Source of the DNA: Blepharisma stoltei ATCC 30299
Lineage: Eukaryota > Protista > Ciliophora
DNA length: 64,000 nt
NCBI GenBank assembly: GCA_965603825.1
Contig: CBFDEM010000001.1
Span: 248,001 to 312,000, forward strand
Reading direction: 5' to 3'
The notes under the pieces were generated by a model. It was not told the origin of the DNA. It did not search any database and saw nothing but the letters and a program-made list of their open reading frames with translations. Each line of letters begins with the position of its first letter. Positions within the stretch are counted from its first letter, which is position 1. Both the position numbers and the translations under genes were made by a program. Of the stretch, positions 58,343-64,000 are shown piece by piece.

Positions 58343-61300
58343 ATGCCACGCACAGAGAAGATAGCAAGAAATCTCAAACGTTTGGCTGATGAGGCTAAAG
58401 ATAAGCAAGCGCTACTTGAAAATCACCCTGAATATTTTAGATTGGACCATCCAGACCAAGCTCAAATCCACCAAGACTGCCAATCTCTCCACAAGAAACT
58501 ATCTCTTTTCCAAGAGCAAGATTTAAAAAACGCTCTTGAGCTGCTCTTAACTTTCTACTGCAAAAGTGGCTCAATTCCTTACATTTCTGGCCTCCACGAG
58601 ATCCTTGCACCCTTTTTTGTGCTCCGATTCACGACGTTAAAAACTGTATACGGTGCATTTTCAGCTTTCATTGACAAAATGATGCCAAGACTATTTACCA
58701 AAGATTCATCTATTAGTTACTCATATAAAATTTTTCAACGATTATTACTTTATCATGACCCTTTGCTTTCTAACACCTTACAGTCCACCTTGCCTAATAA
58801 TTCGTCAATTATCGAGAAATGGTTTTATACGTGTATGTCAGCATGCTTAGATATTACTCAGCTGCTTGAGTTCTGGGAATGGTGTTTGAATGAGAATAAC
58901 CCAATGTTTCCGTATTATTTTGCTATTGCTTTACTGATGAAAAATAGAGATTTATTAACGAAAAAACATAAAAAGAAGATCAACTTAGAAATTCATATAG
59001 CAGATAATGATGAATTAACGGCGATTATTGATGATGCTCAAGCGCTGCAATCCTCAACCCCAAAGTTTTTTAATAGGCTTATTAAGAAACTTACTATCCA
59101 AAAAGAACTGCCAAGCTCTTTAGATGCGTATTCTCTAGAGAATACCCAAATTTTGCCAATTTCCGCAAAAGAGGTAAGGAAGCCTAAGCCAGGATTTTTC
59201 GTTATAGATGTTCGAAGGCATAAATATTATGAACAAGGCCATTTCCCACAAAGCTATAACCTCTCAGTAGATCTCCATATATCAACTGGTAAGATTTCTA
59301 ATTAGCACAGAGGAACTATGAAGTGTTCTTTCTGGATTTTCCGCTTATTACCACAACAAAAACAGCACTGCTTGCCATTTTGCATTTACATCAGGTCCAT
59401 CCCAAAAAGAGTTTTTATATGCGAGTACTCTAAGCCTAGATGTAGTTCGTAGAGGTATTGAAAGGGTAAGTTTCATAGTGACTGGGATAGATGACGATCC
59501 AGACCATGATGCAAGTGCCTGTGTCCGCTGCAAGTTAAATAAGAATTTAATAGAAATAGGAAAAGAAGGAGGAAATCGGCCGAAAAAGATACTGAGTACT
59601 ATGTGGCAGCATTATTTGATGGATGATCATCTTGATAAAGCTCCACTACAAACAGCTGATGGCCAGAAGTCTACAAGCAGATTAAACGATATTTCTCCGA
59701 AATCTACTGAAAGGTTTGTCGAAAATTCAGAATTGACGGTCCATGAAGCTGTGAAATTCATGTGGACTTCAAACTTGCCTGTAGCTGAAGATTGGTTTCA
59801 AAGGAATTTAGAACAAGACCCAAGATGTGCAATTCATTATGCTGAAGCTGGATTTTTGAAAGCAGTTATTTTAGGAGATAATCAGTCAAAAGAAGCAGTT
59901 ATTGAAAGACTAGATAACGCTGAAATGATTGCTGAAAAATTTGTGAAAAAATGAGAAACAGAAGGCAACAAGGTTTTAGAAACAAAAGGAACAATGCTAA
60001 GTCCTAACGAAGCAATGAAAATTATTAAAGCCGCTCAAAATCTTAGACTTGCTTTGGTCGTCAAAGCTGAAGCGACTTTATTTAAATCAGGCAACCAAAT
60101 ACTTAAAAATAAACTAAGTTTGGGTTCTATGAATTTCAGAAGGGCTTGAAAAATTTACCAAAAAGCCAATAAAATTGCAGAAGCACAAAAATGGGTAGAA
60201 AAGCAGTATTTTTCACCTGAAGAAATCAAAGGATTGCAGACTCAAATTGAAGGAGATATCAATAATTTTATCCAGTTTGGAGAAGGGGTTATCTGTTTAG
60301 GACTTTCAATGGCCCCTAAAACCATGTCAAAGCTCGCCAATATCATAATTGGATTAGATGGAGACCAAAGCAGAGGATTAAAAATTTTGTATGACTGCAT
60401 CAACTCTAAAAAAGGAGTTCGGGTGCCTTTAGCTTTGATGTTCGTGCTGTTTTGGCTTTTAATTTACATCCCAGAATTCATACCTGGCAAGCATGAGCGC
60501 TATCGCGAAGCTCATGACCTAATAAGATTTGCCTTGCATTATCTCCCTCAAAGCCCTTATTTTTATTGACTAGAGAGCTATATGAATCAACGCCAGGGAA
60601 ATTTGGAGAGAGCATTAAAATTATTAAATAGGGTGATAGCGTATTCAGGAAGAACAGGAATTGATGAAAATCCAGGGAGATTGTCCTTTGAAAGAGGCTG
60701 GGTTCTATTCCTGTGCCAAGACTGGGAGTCAGCAAGGCAATGCTTCGAAATATCAATTGAAAAAGCAAGCGACACCCCTTTCACACATTTGCTATTAGGG
60801 GTTTCTTACTGCATGCTAAATGAGCTACAGCTTGCTGAAGACACTTTAGAAAGTATAGCTTCATATAATAAAGAGTCGAGCTCAGTTGAAGAAAAATGAA
60901 TTCATAAAAGAGCATCAAGCTACTTAGGGAGAAGGTGGTTTCAGCTGTTTCCTTTTGAAATTTCTTATGTCACCGACTATTTGCAAGGTCTGAAGTATGA
61001 TTGACTGGAGTCTTCTTATGATTATCTCACCTCAATTGACATTGAAGATTCTGAAGAAAAGGATGAAATCGTCATAAGCATGCTTCTTCAAGGCGCAATC
61101 CTTAGACACCTAGGAAGACTAAGAGAAGCCGTTTTAATTCTTGAAGCAGGCATCAAGCTCGAACAAGACGTAAAAAAAGAAATATGAGTAGTTCCCCACA
61201 TCTATTACGAACTCGGCATCGTCTATGTGAAAAGCCGAGACTGGACTACCTCTTCTGCTTATATTCGCAAAGCCAAAAGCTTCAAAAGGAGCTACGAGTT

Positions 61301-61379
61301 TAAAGCTTCCCTGAGTTTCAAATTGAACGCTACTTTGGAGTTGATATTACAAGAAGAAAATAAGGAGTTTAAGAAGTAA
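58343..61379 (+). CDS. TBC1D23-like (pseudo-TBC + rhodanese) fused to a TTC39/IML2 TPR domain, about 1004 aa
   Basis: TBC: QIHQDCQSL, YISGLHEILAPF, LLYHDPLLS. Rhodanese: FFVIDVR...YEQGHFPQS. IML2/TTC39: IQFGEGVICLGLSMAP...IGLDGDQSRGL and WVVPHIYYELG...KAKSFKRSYEF...LSFKL. Needs an intron at 59289-59310 and several TGA read as Trp. Confidence 0.75.
59289..59310 (+). other. Putative atypical 22-nt intron GTAAGATTTCTAATTAGCACAG (alternative AG gives 17 nt)
   Basis: The only nearby GT..AG combination that restores the frame of the rhodanese domain. Confidence 0.5.
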
Positions 61380-61403
61380 TTTGAAAAGTAAAACTCAATT
61401 AAA

Positions 61404-61745
61404 TTATGATGTAAATTTGGTGACTGCTTTAGTTCCTTCACTTACAGCGTGTTTGGCAAGTTCTCCAGGGAGGATAAGTCTGACGGAGGTTTGAACTTCT
61501 CTGCTGCTGAGGGTTCTCTTCTTTTCGTATCTCACGAGTTTGCTTGCTTCAAAGCAGACTCTTTCGAAAATATCGTTGATGAATGAGTTCATGATGCTCA
61601 TTGATCTCTTGGAGATTCCAATATCTGGGTGGACTTGTTTTAAGACTCTGTAGATATAGAGTGCGAAAGTCTCTGATCTCTTCTTTCCTTTCTTCTTGTC
61701 TACGCTTTTGACGGCTGATTCTCCTTTCTTACTATCTTTAACCAT
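61404..61745 (-). CDS. H2B: Histone H2B
   Basis: [16 protein letters not shown]...[12 protein letters not shown]...[33 protein letters not shown] at 61745. Confidence 0.97.
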   Translation of the reverse strand: MVKDSKKGESAVKSVDKKKGKKRSETFALYIYRVLKQVHPDIGISKRSMSIMNSFINDIFERVCFEASKLVRYEKKRTLSSREVQTSVRLILPGELAKHAVSEGTKAVTKFTS

Positions 61746-61777
61746 TTTATGATATTGCAAGTTGCATTTTTCAAGAA

Positions 61778-61820
61778 TTTATATACAAAAATAATCCTAA
61801 AAATGGATTTTGATTGGCTG
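61778..61820 (-). promoter_or_regulatory. Putative H2B promoter: CCAAT box (CAGCCAATCA) and TATA box (TATATAAA)
   Basis: Minus-strand CCAAT at 61813-61817 and TATATAAA at 61778-61785, about 35-70 nt upstream of the ATG, an arrangement typical of histone promoters. Confidence 0.5.
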
Positions 61821-62170
61821 ATTTTTCATATCTATTTAGATATGGATAATAAAATTTTACAATGGAAAATTATTTGCCAAGAAGGAAAATGCAAAATAGA
61901 GCACTTATGTATGGGAATAGAAAATTAATCGAATTAGAATTATTACTTTTAGAATATTTTAGCTTTAATTTTTTTACAGAATCAATTATCTTTGTTGAAA
62001 TCATAACTTTATTGAAATGCTTATGGATACTTAAAATTTGATTGATTTTATATATTTACCTTAAGGATAACATTATATCCTTGAACATTTAAAACCAAAT
62101 TAATTTTTAAAATTCCCTATTTTTCCATTTTCACATATTTAATACACTTTAACTTTTGATTTTTAACGTG

Positions 62171-62866
62171 TTATTTTATTGTAAACTTAACATTAGCACT
62201 CGAGAGAGTCGCTTCATTTGGGTTGGTCATCCCACAAGTCCCAGAACAGACCTGCAGAGTCCCAGTATAGTTTCCAACTGGATAAGAACTGTTAGTCTTG
62301 ATTTCAAACTTCGCAGAATAGCTGCCAATTTCAAATCCTTCATTTAAATAGGAAGATGAAAATGGCTTTAGCGTTGTATCTGGAGGATTGACCGTCAATT
62401 TTACTTGCCCAGTCCCTGTTGTATTGGTAACAGCAAAAGTCATTTCAACCTTAAAAGTGGTTCCAACAGACCCTGAAGTAGGAACTACATAAGTATTCGA
62501 GATGCTTGCAGCTCCTCCTACTATTGTTGGGCATGAATTTAATAATTCACAAAAGTAAATGGGATCTGGATTGGCCTTCTGGACATCTGAAATAAATGGG
62601 TTAAACCCTGCCCCAGAGCATAAATAGATGCAGATTTGGTAAGTTAAGGAATCTGCAAGGTCTTTGCATAAAACAGTGCAATTTGAAGGAATTGTTGGCC
62701 CTGTTACGTTTTGGTACAACTGGCTTAAATTTTCATTGCCGAACGTCACGCACGTAGAGCACATGTCAACTCCTTTCAAATATTTGCTTAGTTTTAATTG
62801 AGTGACTGGCTTTGAGGTTATTGTTGCCAATAACATAACTAAAGCTGCAAGTCTTATTAAAGACAT
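62171..62866 (-). CDS. Countin-like secreted protein (saposin-B domain + beta-sandwich)
   Basis: Signal peptide; six-Cys saposin pattern CSTC...CTVLC...CIYLC...DPIYFCELLNSCP, then a V-x-P-x-S-G-x-x-G-T-T-F / TGTGQ beta domain as in Dictyostelium countin. Confidence 0.82.
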   Translation of the reverse strand: MSLIRLAALVMLLATITSKPVTQLKLSKYLKGVDMCSTCVTFGNENLSQLYQNVTGPTIPSNCTVLCKDLADSLTYQICIYLCSGAGFNPFISDVQKANPDPIYFCELLNSCPTIVGGAASISNTYVVPTSGSVGTTFKVEMTFAVTNTTGTGQVKLTVNPPDTTLKPFSSSYLNEGFEIGSYSAKFEIKTNSSYPVGNYTGTLQVCSGTCGMTNPNEATLSSANVKFTIK

Positions 62867-63012
62867 TTATTATAATTTAGTGCTAAAATAAAGGAGAATT
62901 ATTATTTTAACTTAAAAATATTATGCTTATGTATTTTGATTTCTAGCCAAAGGAAGCTAGATTCTAAAATATATAATTGCATAAGGTTTTATGAATTATA
63001 ATAAAAATTTTA

Positions 63013-64000
63013 ATGATGGTCAATAAAACCTTAGAAAAAAGAGCCAAAACAATGATTGAAGAAGTCAAAAAGAAACAAAACAAAGAGAATGAGAAAAAAT
63101 TAGCAAAAGAAGAAATGAAAAAAACTGAAAAAAAGCAAATTGAGATAAAAGTTAACAAAATTGAAGAAGTCAAGGTAATTCAAAATTACGATAATTTAAG
63201 AAATAATTCAGAAGCAACAGAAGATCAAGAATTATATTTTCCAGATCCTATTTTGCACTTGTCTAAGCTTCTGCATATTAACACTTCCCGGCAATGCTTA
63301 GTTTGAGCCCATTCTGATTCTTTCGCAAGTTACCCGCCTTATTTAAAAGAAAATACTTCAAAAATTCTTTTATTTACATCAGGCTGTGTTATTGTCGCTT
63401 TAAATCCTTCAAACTCAAACCAATTTTTTTTCTTTGGTCACACAAACACAGCTGAATTGTTAGTGCTTTCTGAAGACCAAAAGCTCCTTGTATCAACCCA
63501 GAATGAACCTTGCACAATTTTCATATGGTCTTTAAGAACCAGAAAACCGCCCAAAAAAATAGAAGTCAAGAGAATGACTCGAATAAAAAGCTTGATTTTT
63601 AATCCTACAGGACAGAAACTGTTATTATCAGGATTAGATGATCTTAACCGTGACGTCTTATTGTTCTATGACATTTCTTCAATTAGCAAGTCCAAAGAAG
63701 CTGCAATAATTGGACAGCAATTAAGCGATTTTCCTATAAATGCAGCTATTTTTTATCCTAAAGATGACAATAGGGTTATTAGTTGTGGTAAAGGAAATAT
63801 CAGGTTTTGAAGAATCAAAAATGGTTGCATGCCAGGAACAACTGTATCAATTGGTCCACACTCAAAAGAAGAATGAATGGCTTTAGAATGTGTGCAAACA
63901 GGAAGTTTTCATAAATTAATTGTTGGAGGATCATCTGGGGTTCTTATACAAATAAGTTTAATTGCGAAAGAGCTTGAAGCTTCATATAATTTGCATCAGG
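63013..64000 (+). CDS. WD40-repeat protein, WDR90/POC16-like; 3'-truncated by the window edge
   Basis: LLFTSGCVIVALN...QFFFFGHT...LLVSTQ...IFIW and VISCGKGNIRFW(TGA)RIKNG. The frame is open through TGAs to the window end. Confidence 0.75.

Noticed and set aside
59466-59478. GTAAGTTTCATAG as a 13-nt intron
   Set aside because: The frame is open across it and encodes the rhodanese-like ERVSFIVTG. Removal would cause a frameshift.
61746-61760. Track start for H2B at TTG 61760
   Set aside because: The eukaryotic ATG at 61745 is the plausible start. Non-ATG starts in the track are artefacts.
75-62347. Numerous short antisense or overlapping ORFs in the track (e.g. 75-437, 5559-5933, 11662-12024, 25051-25560, 57008-57556, 59348-59533)
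   Set aside because: They are shadows of real genes on the opposite strand, Ser/Phe/Leu-rich with no recognisable motifs.
1-64000. Many genes appear to be pseudogenes split by premature stops
   Set aside because: Nearly all breaks are TGA (Trp) or removable 15-16 nt introns, and the reading frames are otherwise intact.
1-64000. Selenocysteine interpretation of in-frame TGA
   Set aside because: The TGAs align to conserved Trp, not catalytic Cys, and occur in non-selenoprotein families.

Overview
Gene-dense, AT-rich eukaryotic DNA from a heterotrich ciliate, most likely the Blepharisma macronuclear genome. Two features point to this. TGA is read as Trp, with TAA/TAG as the apparent stops: TGA sits at invariant Trp positions in both Rab IWDTAGQE motifs, ISWI GLNW and ALG7 LRWR. 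Genes also carry tiny 15-16 nt GT-AG introns. The supplied ORF track (TGA=stop, no splicing) therefore fragments or misses many genes. Re-reading gives about 45 protein-coding genes, mostly housekeeping: VPS35, NUP155, ISWI, ALG7, CDP-DAG synthase, TAF7, two Rabs, cyclin, SIN1, HSP10, RPS10, cyclophilin B, H2B, PEP mutase and a PLAC8 gene absent from the track. The most notable items are: (1) a plant TDM1/MS5/SDI1-type TPR module fused to an RRM; (2) a TBC1D23-like (pseudo-TBC+rhodanese)-TTC39/IML2 fusion that needs an atypical 22-nt intron; (3) a receptor with two tandem Venus-flytrap domains; (4) a countin homologue; (5) a PB1-like+EEP fusion. I recognised no tRNA, rRNA, telomeric repeat, transposase or CRISPR array. 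All family assignments come from motif recognition by eye, not from database searches.
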